This document shows positions 45,960-59,447 of a DNA stretch of 64,000 nt, one piece after another. The notes below the pieces were generated by a model. The model did not search any database. It had not been told where the DNA came from and saw nothing but the letters and a program-made list of their open reading frames with translations. The stretch is from Octopus vulgaris (taxonomy: Eukaryota): contig OX597837.1 in the NCBI GenBank assembly GCA_951406725.2, forward strand, positions 40,176,001 through 40,240,000, in the 5' to 3' direction. The translations under genes and the position numbers were made by a program. The number at the start of each line of letters is the position of its first letter. Positions within the stretch are counted from its first letter, which is position 1.

Positions 45960-46350
45960 TCTCTTTTTCTCTTTTACTTCTTTCAGTCATTTGACTGTGG
46001 CCATGCTGGAGCACTGCCTTTAGTCTAGCAAATCGACCCCAGGACATATTCTTTGTAAGCCTAGTACTTATTCTATCGGACTCTCTTTTGCCGAATCGCT
46101 AAGTTACGGGGACGTAAGCACACCAGCATCGGTTGTCAGGCGATGCTGCGGGAACAAACACAGACACAGACACACACACACACACACACACATACTTATA
46201 TACGACGATCTTCTTTCAGTCTCCGTCTACCAAATCCATTCACGAGGCTATGGTACAAGACACTTGGCCAAAGTGCCACACAGTGGGACTGAACCCGGAA
46301 CCATGTGGTTCGCAAGCAAGCTACGTACAACACAGCCACTCCTACGCCTC
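45960..46350 (-). mobile_element. SINE family B
   Basis: Family B motifs on the reverse strand. Confidence 0.85.
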
Positions 46351-46433
46351 ATTAAAATACTGAGGGTAGGCGGTGCTCCAGCATGGCCACAGTCACATGA
46401 CTGAAACAAGTAAAAAAAGAATAAAAGATATAT

Positions 46434-46850
46434 AGGCGCAGGAGTGGCTGTGTGGTAAGTAGCTTGCTAACCAACCACACGGTTCCGGGTTCAGTCCCAC
46501 TGCGTGGCACCTTGGGCAAGTGTCTTCTGCTATAACCCCGGGCCGACCAATGCCTTGTGAGTGGATTTGGTAGACGGAAACTGAAAGAAGCCTGTCGTAT
46601 ATATGTATATATATGTATATATGTGTATATATATATATATGTATGTGTGTCTATGTTTGTCCCCCTAGCATTGCTTGACAACCGATGCTGGTGTGTTTTC
46701 GTCCCCGTCACTTAGCGGTTCGGCAAAAGAGACCGATAGAATAAGTACTGGGCTTACAAATAATAAGTCCCGTGGTCGATTTGCTTGACTAAAGGCGGTG
46801 CTCCAGCATGGCCACAGTCACATGACTGAAACAAGTAAAAAAGAATAAAA
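46434..46850 (+). mobile_element. SINE family B, full length, preceded by a duplicate of its own tail (46368-46430)
   Basis: GGCGGTGCTCCAGCATGGCCACAGTCACATGACTGAAACAAGTAAAAAA occurs at both 46369 and 46794. Confidence 0.9.
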
Positions 46851-46910
46851 TATATATACCTTGCTTAACGAATTATGTATTCTATTCTTTGGTTATGAAG
46901 CCAAATGCCT

Positions 46911-46944
<34 letters not shown>

Positions 46945-47177
46945 ATATATACATATATACATATATATACTTATACATTCGCATTCATACACAAATGTAC
47001 ATTTGTAATGAAATTCTGAATCTCGTGTAGGTCTGTGTGGACATGACTTGTATTATTTTCTAAAATCGACAAAAGTTCAATGTGTGTATGGATACACACA
47101 CACCAATATATATATATATATATATGTATTTGTACATATAAATATATGTACATTTATATGTATATATATGTATATGT

Positions 47178-47227
<50 letters not shown>

Positions 47228-47356
47228 GTATACATAGATATTTATATATATATATATACATATATATATGTATGTATATATATTTATACATATATAAGTT
47301 ATATTATAAATGTGTATATATATATATGCCTATATATGTATATATATATGTATATA

Positions 47357-47390
<34 letters not shown>

Positions 47391-47392
47391 CG

Positions 47393-47427
<35 letters not shown>

Positions 47428-47972
47428 ACACAGACACACACAATTATATACACGAACCTTCTGCATTCAAGACACACTAGCTTACATGCTTACATGTGTG
47501 TATGTATGTATATATGTACGTCTATATACATATATATATGTGTGTGCGTGTGTGTGTGTGGATGTATGGGTATGTGTAGACTGCGGAATGCTTTGATATT
47601 GTGTAAGAAGGTGAGACAGCCGAATTCAATGCACGTAGCATCTGTGTATATGTTTTAGGTCGGCCATCAATCACCGTTTCGATCGTTAGATAAAGCGATT
47701 GTCAGATGTCTGGTGGACATTCAGCTGTACAACGTGTGTGTTTGATGCTGTTACGAATGGGTGACCTGATAAAAGTGTGTACATCTATTTACATACACGT
47801 ATACATACATTATATTACATACACACATTCATGTATTCACATGTGGACAAAAGCACATACACACACACACACGCACGTGTGTATGTGTGTGCGTGTGCAG
47901 ACTGTTGGTTAGATAGATAATTATGCAGGTAGACAAAATCACACACATACATACACATCACATATACACACG

Positions 47973-48035
<63 letters not shown>

Positions 48036-48185
48036 ACATCCCTCCTTTTCCCTCTCTCTTTGCTCTCTCTCTCTTTCTATGTATATATGTGTGTGTCATA
48101 AAGTTATATATAGATTAGATCTATCTATGCACCTATGAATCTATCTATCCATCAATATATATATATATATATACATATATATATG

Positions 48186-48224
<39 letters not shown>

Positions 48225-48258
48225 TATCTAACTATCCATCTATGTATCTTTCTATCCA

Positions 48259-48322
<64 letters not shown>

Positions 48323-48494
48323 TATATATATGCATATATATATACATATATATATATGTATATATCTACACACATATCCAAATATACGTGTATGGCATAC
48401 AAACAACTACTCTTTCATTTTACTGACTTGTCCTCATGTTACGTATAGTTTTGACATATGCATATTCAAACGCTGACATACACACGCACATACA

Positions 48495-48532
<38 letters not shown>

Positions 48533-48689
48533 CAGACCCCACAAACTCATATATATATTTACACTCATACATGCATATGTGTTCTGTGCATATGAGCGCC
48601 AATCAGAGACAGAGAAACACAAGGAGAGACCAAGTGAGAGAAACAGTGGGCCAGATGGAGAGAGAAGAGGAGAAAGAGACAGAAAACAC

Positions 48690-48735
<46 letters not shown>

Positions 48736-49169
48736 GAGACTGAGTGAGAGAGAGAGAAGCGAAACATATTTATGTGCTAGAGTACATACAAGCCGTTCTG
48801 CTGCGTACAATCAATACGTATATTTTTGTACGTTATTATTAAATGACACGGTGGCCAGCCTTATTATTATCATTTTCACTTATTTACTGACCCAGAGCAA
48901 TCAAGCCGACGAGGAGACTCTATGTCGTCCCCTTGACCTACAAGACGTAGTAGAGCCTGCGATGGCGGTGTGGCTGAGGTGTTCGTTGCGCAACTACGGG
49001 ACATCGGGTTTAGTCCCTCATTGCGACACCGTGACCAAGTGTCTTCCATTGTAACAGATTAATGCTTTGTCGGTTGTTTTTTGAGCGGTTGAATCAGGGT
49101 GGAAGCGTATATACACATACATATATACAAAAATGCAAATATATTTATGTGTATATATATATATATATA

Positions 49170-49370
49170 TTAGTGAGAGTTTACGAAAAAAACAAAAGAC
49201 AAAGACAGGTGGTGTACAAAACAAACAGATGTATTAGTATAACGCTCAGGAATAGAAAAAGTCTTTTACGTTTCGAGCCTACGCTCTTCTACAGAAAGGG
49301 ACACAGAAAACAAGGAGAGAAACAAGGAGAGAAAAAAATGTGTGTAGTGGCTAACTATGTATCATGGTGA
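49170..49370 (-). mobile_element. pLTR-like family P2 with hammerhead-like motif at 49263-49298
   Basis: Minus strand reads CTTT-CTGTAGA-A-GAGC-GTAG-GCTC-GAAAC-GTA-AAAG; abuts (TA)n. Confidence 0.65.
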
Positions 49371-49487
49371 CTGTTTTACATTTCTTAGTAAACCCCATCT
49401 CACTCGCTTTCTCTCTCACTTACAGTGAAAGCAACTGAAGGTGGCAGCACCATCTCTCCCCAGTCAAAATAAAATTGGTATAGTACA

Positions 49488-49518
<31 letters not shown>

Positions 49519-49532
49519 GTGTGTGTGTGTGT

Positions 49533-49815
49533 GTGGAGGCGCAATGGTCCAGTGGTTAGGGCAGCGGACTCGCGGTCGTAGGATCGTGGTTTCGATTCCC
49601 AGACCGGGCGTTCTGAGTGTTTATTGAGCGAAAACACCTAAAGCTCCACTAGCCTCCGGCAGGGGGTGATGGCGAACCCTGCTGTACTCTTTTGCCACAA
49701 CTTACTCTCACTCTTTCTTCTGTTGGCCTGCTCGCTTAGCTAGCTGGATGGCGTCTTTCGAAGGCTAAAAACAATGCGAAGCGCATTGTGACCAGCGATG
49801 TATAACAACATCTGA
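49533..49815 (+). mobile_element. SINE, head D with a third tail type
   Basis: A box TGGTCCAGTGG and B box GTTTCGATTCC; the tail recurs inverted at 50140-50220. Confidence 0.8.
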
Positions 49816-50020
49816 TAGATGTAGGGCTTCTTTCAGTTTCGGTATACGAAATCCACTCGCAAGAGTTTGGTCGGCGACCCGAGGTTATAGTAGAAGTCAC
49901 TTGCCTAAAGTGTGGCACAATGAGATTGAACTCGGAACAATGGAGTGAGGAAAGAAGCTTCTTACAACACAAACACACCATGTCTTAATATTATATAACA
50001 TATGATATAACATAATATGC

Positions 50021-50079
<59 letters not shown>

Positions 50080-50301
50080 TGTATGAATGTATATATGCAT
50101 ATATGTATACATCAAGTGATTTACTTGAGCGACCAAAGTACCGGATGTTACGCATCGCTGGTCACAATGCGCTTTGCATGTTTTCAGTCTTCGAATGATG
50201 CTATCCTGCTTGCTAGGCGACCATACATAGATACATGCATACATCTATACACAGACATATATATATTTATATATATATATATACATATATCTCTCTGTCT
50301 A

Positions 50302-50378
<77 letters not shown>

Positions 50379-50491
50379 TGGTACTAAGTTACTTCCGAGA
50401 TCAGCTCTTCTCATCCATATCCGATAAGTACCAATACACATAAACACAAAATGCCTGTGTATTTGCGTTTGTGTGTGTGTGTTTGTTTGTG

Positions 50492-50524
<33 letters not shown>

Positions 50525-50909
50525 TCTGTGTGTGGGGGTGTCTGTGTGTATGTGTGCATGCGCGTGATGTGAAACGCTGTGTATATTCCCGAAATAAAAC
50601 TATCAGAGCCAAAAGAATATCAAAACATCTGCATTAATTGTAAAAGAGTTCATTCCAACACTAATTAAACACAAAATTGTTGGAGGACGTAAGCGGTCAC
50701 GTTTTCCATTTAGATTTCAGTTTGTCCACATATTGTTTTCGGTGATTGAACTGTTTTGTGAACCTCAGAATAAACTGAGGTCTTACGTTGATCTGATAAC
50801 TGATTATTGATCTATCGGTTTCGTTTCTTTAGAAAGCGAGCCTGGATTTGTTGGCGTTTAAAAGTGTGAAACCGTTGTCTGGTTTCCATTTGAGCACTGC
50901 TAACATATA

Positions 50910-51140
50910 TATTTCTTTATTGCCCACAACGGGCTAAACGTAGAGGGGACAAACAAGGACAGACAAACGGATTAAGTCGATTATATCGACCCCTGTGCGT
51001 AACTGGTATTTAATTTATCGACCCCGAAAGGATGAAAGGCAAAGTCGACCTCGGCGGAATATGAACTCACAAGGTAACGGCAGACGAAATACGGCTACGC
51101 ATTTCGCCCGGCGTGCTAACGTTTCTGCCAGCTCGCCGCC
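50910..51140 (-). mobile_element. SINE family A (tail type 1)
   Basis: High similarity to the 4008 copy. Confidence 0.9.
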
Positions 51141-51350
51141 TGCTTATATATACGCCAAAGATCCCATAGTAATTGCCTCGTACATCACCATTGTTCTAAC
51201 CAGCCCCGTACCAGCGCTGTCACTGCCACCACCATCACCACCATCACCACCCTCACCACCTTTCATCCTTTCTGGGTCGATTAAATTTGTACCAGTTACA
51301 CCCCTTCCTCCAAATTTCAGGCCATGTACCTACAGCAGAGAGGATTATTA

Positions 51351-51390
<40 letters not shown>

Positions 51391-51391
<1 letters not shown>

Positions 51392-51823
51392 GAGTGAGAG
51401 AGCAGTTCATGCCATCAAAGTGACACTGGGGTACAAATATACGAAGCCCAGTATACCCATCATGACTACCCATCTGATAAGGGTACACCAGGCACATGCA
51501 TCACAACCATATGTGCACGACATGGTGATCTCATAACAAGATAAACAGCGCATGACCTTGCAGGTGGGGCCCAGTTAGAATTTTCTTCAGGTTGAGTAGC
51601 CCATCCCGCTTATTATTATCATTATTATTAGCATTATTATTATTTTTATATCGTGCTTTCACTTCATTACCGAGCGCAGCTCTGTGTACCTTGGGTATGT
51701 GCTGGGGTTTGTTGTGATGCTCTTATGGTTACTGTATTGAGAGTGTTTTGCGTAGGATGTGTGCAGTTCCCAGTAGTGCATTTTTCTGTATGGTATTTGT
51801 GTTATATATTTTTCTGAATATTC

Positions 51824-51901
<78 letters not shown>

Positions 51902-52546
51902 TACTATTATTACTATTATTATTATTTTTATTATTATTATCATTATTATCATTATTATTATTATTATTATTATTGAGTGAGAGAGCAGTGCATACCATCA
52001 AAGTGACACGATGCCCAGTATACCCATCATGACTACCCGTCTGATAAAGGTACACTAGGCACATGCATCACAATCATATATGCGCGACGTGGTGATCTCA
52101 TATCATGATAAACAGAACATGACCTTGCAGATGGGGCACAGTTAGAATTTTCTTCTGGTTGAGTAACCAAAAGGTCCGTGAATAAGGGACGTTTGAGGAT
52201 GTTGAACGAAACACCCATGTTTCCAGAGGTGAATTATTCAAACCCTAAAGAATTCCTCTCAACACATGGCTATGATGCTCCCCGACTACTTTTGCTATGA
52301 TCAGAGATGCACATATCGTCAGCCACTAAAGGTCATGCTCAACTGGTTAAGGTCAAACAACTGACAAGCAAATCTGTGATATTGAGCAGAATATTTGCTG
52401 TAGCCCATCAAGACAAAACAATATACATGATAACACTTCCAATCAATTAAGATCAGAAGCCACGAGGGCCACTGTCTGGTACTGCATCAGGTCATTATTA
52501 TTATTATTATTATTATTATCACTATTACTATTACTATTACTATTAC

Positions 52547-52613
<67 letters not shown>

Positions 52614-53053
52614 GAGTGAGAGAGCAGTTCATACCATCAAAGTGACACTGGGGTAAAATATACGAAGCCCAATATACCCATCATGACTACCCGTCTGATA
52701 AAGGTACACCAGGCACATGCATCACTACCATATGTGCGCGACATGGTGATCTCATATCAAGATAAACAGCACATGACCTTGCAGGTGGGGCCCAGTTTGA
52801 ATTTTCTTCAGGTTGAGTAGCCCATCCCGCTCAAACGGTCCCCGAATAAGGGTTGTTTAAGGATGTTGAAAGAACCACCCATGTTTCCAGAGGTGAACTA
52901 TTCAAACCCCAAAGCATCCCTCTCAACACATGGCTATGATGCTCCCCCACTACTTCTGCTCGTGATCAGAGATGCACATATCGTCAGCCACTAAGGGACA
53001 TGCTCAACTGGTTAAGGTCAAACAACTGACAAGCAAATCTGTGGTATTGAGCA
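51391..53053 (-). mobile_element. Cluster of (TAA)n-embedded retroelement 3' ends
   Basis: Three copies starting GAGTGAGAGAGCAG (about 51392, 51975, 52614) with variable far ends, plus an R4/Dong ORF end IQKNALLGTAHILRKTL at 51729-51820, all within (ATT)n. Confidence 0.75.
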
Positions 53054-53114
53054 TTATTATTATTATTATTATTATTAATATTATTATTATTATTATTATT
53101 GCTATTACTATTAC

Positions 53115-53175
<61 letters not shown>

Positions 53176-54149
53176 TTCAATAACGAATGTGTTAGGTTGT
53201 GATGAGTGACTGGTATATTTAGAAGGTCAAGTGACCTACGACGCGGCATGGCTCTTACACTGGCATATGTTCGCCTCTTCTGATTGATCAGACATTCTTT
53301 TTACCTCATTGATCACGGTATCCGGTCGGTTTACTTTGATCTTTCTTTTGTCAGTTCAAAAAAAAAAAGAAAAAAAGAAAAAAAGAAAAAAGAAGAAAAT
53401 CAAAACAAAACAACATGTCTTTGAATATCACGGCCATATCGGAATTTAGAGTGTGTTTTCACCATTTATTTTTGCTGTCTGCAATATTGTCCAATAGATG
53501 TGTACATAGTTACATACCCGGCCATGTCTGTAGGTATATTTACGTCTTTGAGACAACTTCAGAACGGCTGAAAAATCAAGTGAGCGCCATTTTTTTTTTC
53601 TTTCTTATTAATTTTGATTACACGGTCTGCAGTTGACATTAGTTTCTCGTTTTATATTATTATTATTATTAATATTATTATTATATTTCCAGTAACCCGT
53701 GCTATTTGTTGTTGCTGTTGTTGTTGTTGCTACCATTGCTGTTCTTGTTGTTGTTGTTGTTTTTCTTGTAGTTAAGCATTGATCTTTCGCAGTTAAAAAT
53801 GGCGTCTGACATTTCTACCTTTAGCCTACATCTTTTGGTCTATTGTTCGCTTTCATATTAGCCGTTCGTGGATCGGCAGAATCATTAGAGCGTCGAACAG
53901 AAATGGCTGTGGTATTTAGCTACAGTACTTTACATTCTGAGTTCAAATGATGCCGAAGTTCAATTTTCCCTTTGATCTCTCAGAAATCGATAAAATAAAT
54001 TACGATTCAAGTTTCGGCGTTCATATAATTCCTCGAAAGTATCCTAGATGTGGGCGAAAATGTGATTTAAGACTCACCTACTTTCTGACCAGTCTTGCAA
54101 CAAGCTCAATACGGAGGAGTTATTCTTTTTAATTTTCTTCAATATTTTC

Positions 54150-54303
54150 AAGCGCAGACGTGGTTGTGTGGTAAAAAGTTTGCTTCACAAACACATGGTT
54201 TCAGGCTAGGTCCCGCTGCCTGACACTTTCCTCAAGTGCCTTCTTCCATAGCCTAGGGCCGACCAAAGTCCTTTGAGTGGATTTACTGAAAAATGCCCGC
54301 CGT
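54150..54303 (+). mobile_element. SINE family B, 5' half, degenerate
   Basis: Family B head motifs. Confidence 0.7.
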
Positions 54304-54306
54304 TAT

Positions 54307-54520
54307 ATCTATTATATAAAATCCGTTCTGTCTGTGTGTCTTCTAGGATCTCGGGCATCCTCCATCTGATTGTGCTCAGATTTGATATGTAGATACCGAC
54401 GGTATCAGGGTGGATATAAGTCTTGAACAATCGATTCCAGGTGAGAATGCGATCGATAAAGCCGTTTCTGTCCTGCTTTTCTTCTGTCAACCTATATATA
54501 ACTGCACCTTCCATTTTTTT
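54307..54520 (+). mobile_element. Helitron-like 5' end
   Basis: A^TCTATATTATAAAA...CTGTCTGTGTGTC...GATTGTGCTCAGATTTGATATGTAG resembles non-autonomous Helitron 5' regions. Confidence 0.55.
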
Positions 54521-55148
54521 TAGTTTTTAAGGAATTTTATACAGAATTATAAATATTCCTTTAAATCAATCTCTTTCAACCCTGATACTTATTCAGTCTC
54601 GTTTAATCGAACTGTTAAGTCACTGTTAGAAAGAAAATAAACCAACGAACACCAGTCTTCAAGCTGAGGCGTGGGAAGAACACAGACACAACCGGAGGGA
54701 GGGGAGAAAGTGAAAGTACTTGCGCGTATGTATGCGCATGTAAATGTCCGCTCGTGCATGTGTGCGTTCTGGCTTGTAATTGTGTGTGTGTCCGTATGAG
54801 TGTGTGTGTGTGTGTGTGCGGTGGGGTACAGTGAATTCTGTCAGTAAGTTTGTAAGGGAGAACATGAATGATATATTGTTGTGTGGACGCCCCCAGACGA
54901 TGAAGTAGGCTAGCTCAATACGTAGATATAAAGGGAGTAGTTTAGACGTCGAGAGTTGGGTTGAGTAGAGGTCACTCGAACGCGCGACATAATAATATGT
55001 TACCGCGTTATGTTACAACCTGTATGATATGTTATCATAAAGAATTAGCGACATTCGTTTAAATGCGTCTCGTAAAGAATACACGCTTTCTATTCTGTAT
55101 TTGTTAATCCAAGTAAGATTAAACATTTTTTTCTTATTGTTGTACATT

Positions 55149-55272
55149 TTGGATCTTTTCGATTTGAACGGCAGTTTTTAACATAATTTCTAGGTAACTA
55201 AAAAAATTAAACTTCGTATACTTGTAGAATGTGTTTATAAAACATCTTTTCTCTTGGCTTTATTGAGAAAAT
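55149..55272 (+). mobile_element. Fragment of the 5529-5897 family
   Basis: Near-identical to 5529-5652. Confidence 0.75.
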
Positions 55273-55972
55273 ATTGGTCTTACATAACGCCATAGAATTA
55301 TGACCGTTCAGTATGTACATCAACTGTGTCATTTATGTTCATTTTGACTGCTACCTTAGCTGTTCCAAATTTAAATAGCTTTTAGCTCTGTGAAAAATCT
55401 AATCCAATTTGTTGGCAGAATTTAGCTGTGATAAGCGATAATCGATTTGCTAGTTTTCGTACGGAAATATCCACAGAGGAACGTAGCCGGTTTTCTGCAA
55501 AGTCTGATATCTGTTGATCCAAACTAGTAACTACTATCTTAAATTATTCCCTTGCACTCAATAGTCATTTTCTGCATGGTAGATACTACCATTTGCTGAT
55601 AGCATTATTGTATATTTGAGTATATTCATTGAGAGAATTTCTAAATGTGTTATGGTCTGTAGCGTTTAGGGATGTTAACGCAATTTCTGAAAAGCCATGT
55701 TTTGTAACGAGAAGTTAGCATTGTATGTTAGACTCGGCGTATATTGTGTACTGAGAAGATATTTCTAATAATGCTACGATCTGTACTGTTTGGGAATGTT
55801 AAGCAACAATACAACACTGGAAACTTTGTGCAATGATTGGTACTGAAAAACCTATTCAAAACATTGATAATATCGTGATTATTGCATGAGATTCGTTAGA
55901 AATTTGACAATTCTACCAAACCATTCATCTCTCGTTCTTCTCTGTACACATCATTCATAAACATACACACAC

Positions 55973-56013
<41 letters not shown>

Positions 56014-56043
56014 TTTATTATATACCTAAATTCTATGGATACT

Positions 56044-56115
<72 letters not shown>

Positions 56116-56131
56116 CTTTATTATATATATA

Positions 56132-56356
56132 CTTTCTTTAAAAGCCGAAGGAATTTAACAAAAGCTGCTGCTCGGAGTTACACGTTCCTCTTCGTCGGAC
56201 AAAACGTTAACAAAACTGTCCGACGAATAGGAACATGAAACTCCGAGTAACAGCTTTTGTTAAATTTCTGCTGCTTTTAAATAAAGCATATTACTCTACC
56301 CCTGGTATTTGAGTACTCTTTTTTCCACTTTGTTTCACATTTATGTGTTTACTCCC

Positions 56357-56358
<2 letters not shown>
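56132..56358 (+). mobile_element. Inverted pLTR-like pair (family P5) with hammerhead-like motif at 56216-56253
   Basis: Arms 56132-56201 and 56217-56286; CTGT-CCGACGA-...-GAAACTC-C-GAGTA-ACAG; AATAAA at 56279; (TA)n on both sides. Confidence 0.7.
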
Positions 56359-56439
<81 letters not shown>

Positions 56440-56442
<3 letters not shown>

Positions 56443-56670
56443 ATATTAGGGAATAAATTCAAACTTACGGGGAAAAATTAGATTTAGGATTAAATCCAAT
56501 TTTATAGTATAAATATATTATATTATATTAAATTAGAGATAAAACCACTATTATTTAAATAATTTTTTATTTTTAACTTTTATATTTTAAATTAATTTTA
56601 TGTATTGGCTTATGTTTTTCACTGTTTGATTTGCCTAATAGTGGTTTTATCTCTAATTTAATATTATATA
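56440..56670. repeat. (TA)n-associated element with internal inverted repeat
   Basis: AATTAGAGATAAAACCACTATTA (about 56531) versus TAATAGTGGTTTTATCTCTAATT (about 56636); related sequence at 16575-16650. Confidence 0.6.
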
Positions 56671-57019
56671 TATATATAACGGGAAGCTTTATGAAAATAG
56701 ACAAAAGACGAAGGCAGGTTTACGGAAATAAAATATATATATGCGTACGCAGGTTTATTCTGTTCTATAACAATAGAGAATATAGTATAATCCATCAATA
56801 CATATATGACAGTATTATCCAGTTAATATACAATACAAAATTATTCGGTTCTTGTGATGTTTTTCCCTTAATGCAGAGCTCCCAGACTTGCATCTCTGCC
56901 TGGCCATGTTGTTAACTTATTACGAAAATTCTGTTAACTTTATCTCTCTTCTATTCGGATTTGTCTTGAAGCCGCTGCTTTTGTTCTTCGATTGGTTATT
57001 CTCCTCGACTTCTCCTCCC

Positions 57020-57368
57020 ATTCATTTTCTTTCTTTCCTTCTTTCTTTCTTTCTTTTTTTTTTCTTTCTTTCTTTCTTTCTTTCTTTCGTTCGTTCCTTC
57101 TTTCTTTCTTTCGTTCGTTCTTTCTTTCTTTCTTTCTTTCTTTCATTCTTTCGTTCGTTCGTTCCTTCTTTCTTTCTTTCCTTCTTTCGTTCGTTCGTTC
57201 GTTCTTTCCTTCGTTCTTTCCTTCGTTCGTTCGTTCTTTCCTTCGTTCTTTCCTTCCTTCTTTCGTTCGTTCGTTGTTCTTTCCTTCGCTCTTCTTCTTC
57301 TTTTTCTTCTTCTTCTTCTTCTTCTTCTTCTTCTTCTTCTTCTTCTTCTTCTTCTTCTTCTTCTTCTT

Positions 57369-57399
<31 letters not shown>

Positions 57400-57644
57400 A
57401 GGAATTGGAGAGGGCACTTGCTCTTGGGATTTCAGGAAAATCTCGGACATTGTGGTTCCTCGATCATCCCTAGAGGCTTTCCTGTATATGGAAGATCACA
57501 TCTCTATCATTCTCCCCGCCACCGTTACTTAATCTCTTTCTTTCTTTCTTTCCTTTTTTAAATCATTTCTTTATATGTAAACCCCCGCACTTTATGTCTG
57601 TCTTTTTATTGCCCCCCCCTCATCTTTTGCTCTCGTGGCAAATG

Positions 57645-57696
<52 letters not shown>

Positions 57697-57724
57697 CATC
57701 ATCACCACTACCACCACCACCACC

Positions 57725-57786
<62 letters not shown>

Positions 57787-57805
57787 CATCACTATCACCA
57801 CCACC

Positions 57806-57866
<61 letters not shown>

Positions 57867-57912
57867 CCACCACCACCACCACCACCACCACCACCACCAC
57901 CACCACCATCAC

Positions 57913-57957
<45 letters not shown>
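57020..57957. repeat. (CTTT/CGTT)n, (CTT)n and (CAT/CAC)n microsatellites
   Basis: Direct inspection. Confidence 0.9.
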
Positions 57958-59447
57958 TAGAACGCTGGCAGAATCGTTAGAACGCTGGGTAAAGTACTAA
58001 GCGGCATTTCGTCTGTCTTTAGGTTCTGGGTTCAAATTCCGCTGCAGTCGAATTTGTCTTTCATCCTTTCGGAGTCGATTCTTCCATCTAAAATTCTTTC
58101 AAAAAATTCTTCCCAGGCATAACCACTGTCAATTCACTGAAACGAATAATACAGGAAAAGTCAAGTTAGATAACGAATATTATCATAACAAACAGGATCG
58201 TCGGACTGACTACAAACCCGTGTTATTACAGGCGAAATCGCGATAAAGGTAACACGGTTCACAATTTGCGTATCCTGTCATCGCGGATCCGTGAAAGAAA
58301 AATGAATTATAAGAGAGTATAGCAGATACACAATGAAAGAGATATCAACCATAATTTCATTCGATTCTATCACTTTCGTCTTACCTAGAAATTCGGTCAT
58401 TGTGTCAAAATATAAGAGAGAGCCATTAACGATTCTAATAGCGTATCATTATTCCTGGTCGAAATATAATTAAGTTATCAAAAATATTCTGTTTTTGTTT
58501 TTATTGAAGACGGGTTTTTTTTTTTCCTAATCATTTTATCTTCTGTGAAATGCAAAAAAGTATAAATACAAAATCATATGTACGTATGTATGTATGTATG
58601 TATGTATGTATGTATGTATGTATGTATGTATGTATGTATGTATGTATGTATGTATGTATGTATGTATGTATGCATGCATACATACATATATACATACATA
58701 CATATATATATATATATGTATGTATGTACATATATATATCTATATATATATAAATATAAAATATATGTATGTATATATATAATACATATATATGTGTGTA
58801 TGTATATATATATGTATATAATATGTATATATATACATATACAAATATATATACATTAATGTATATATATATGCATGCGTATATATGTCTGTATGTATAT
58901 ATATATGTGTATATATGTACATACATGTACATATATATAAATGTACATATGCATATATACATATGTATAAATGCATATACTTACACACATATGTATATAT
59001 ATCCACATATATATGTACATATATTTATGTCTGTTTGTATACGTATGTTTATGGGTGAAACACGTATATGAATAGTATATATATGTATATATATATATAT
59101 ATTTATGCATACACACACTTACACACATATGTAAGAGAAGAAAAAAATGGAAGGAAATCTCTTCATTGTTTCATGAAAGATGTAAGAAAATGTATGAAAG
59201 ACCTCATCAAACTCAATTATCATCCATTCATAAACCTCTGACGTATGTATAAAGAGGAGAAAACGACAATATTATTTATCTATAATTAAGCGGTGCAAAT
59301 GTCCGGTTGTAATGAGGGAAGACGGAGACGCACTTCCGGTAAAGTGACAGACAATAGACAAGGCAGCCATTTCTGTGCAGAAGCAGAAGTAACAGTTCAA
59401 CGTTTGTTTCAATGGTTAATTATTAAAAGCCGACGGAGATATTACTG

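Noticed and set aside
49533-49610. tRNA-like sequences with A and B boxes (also at other SINE heads)
   Set aside because: They continue into SINE bodies and lack a proper cloverleaf acceptor stem, so they are not tRNA genes.
54877-55052. Possible short solo LTR (TGTTG...CGACA with TATAAA)
   Set aside because: No target-site duplication and no second copy in the window.
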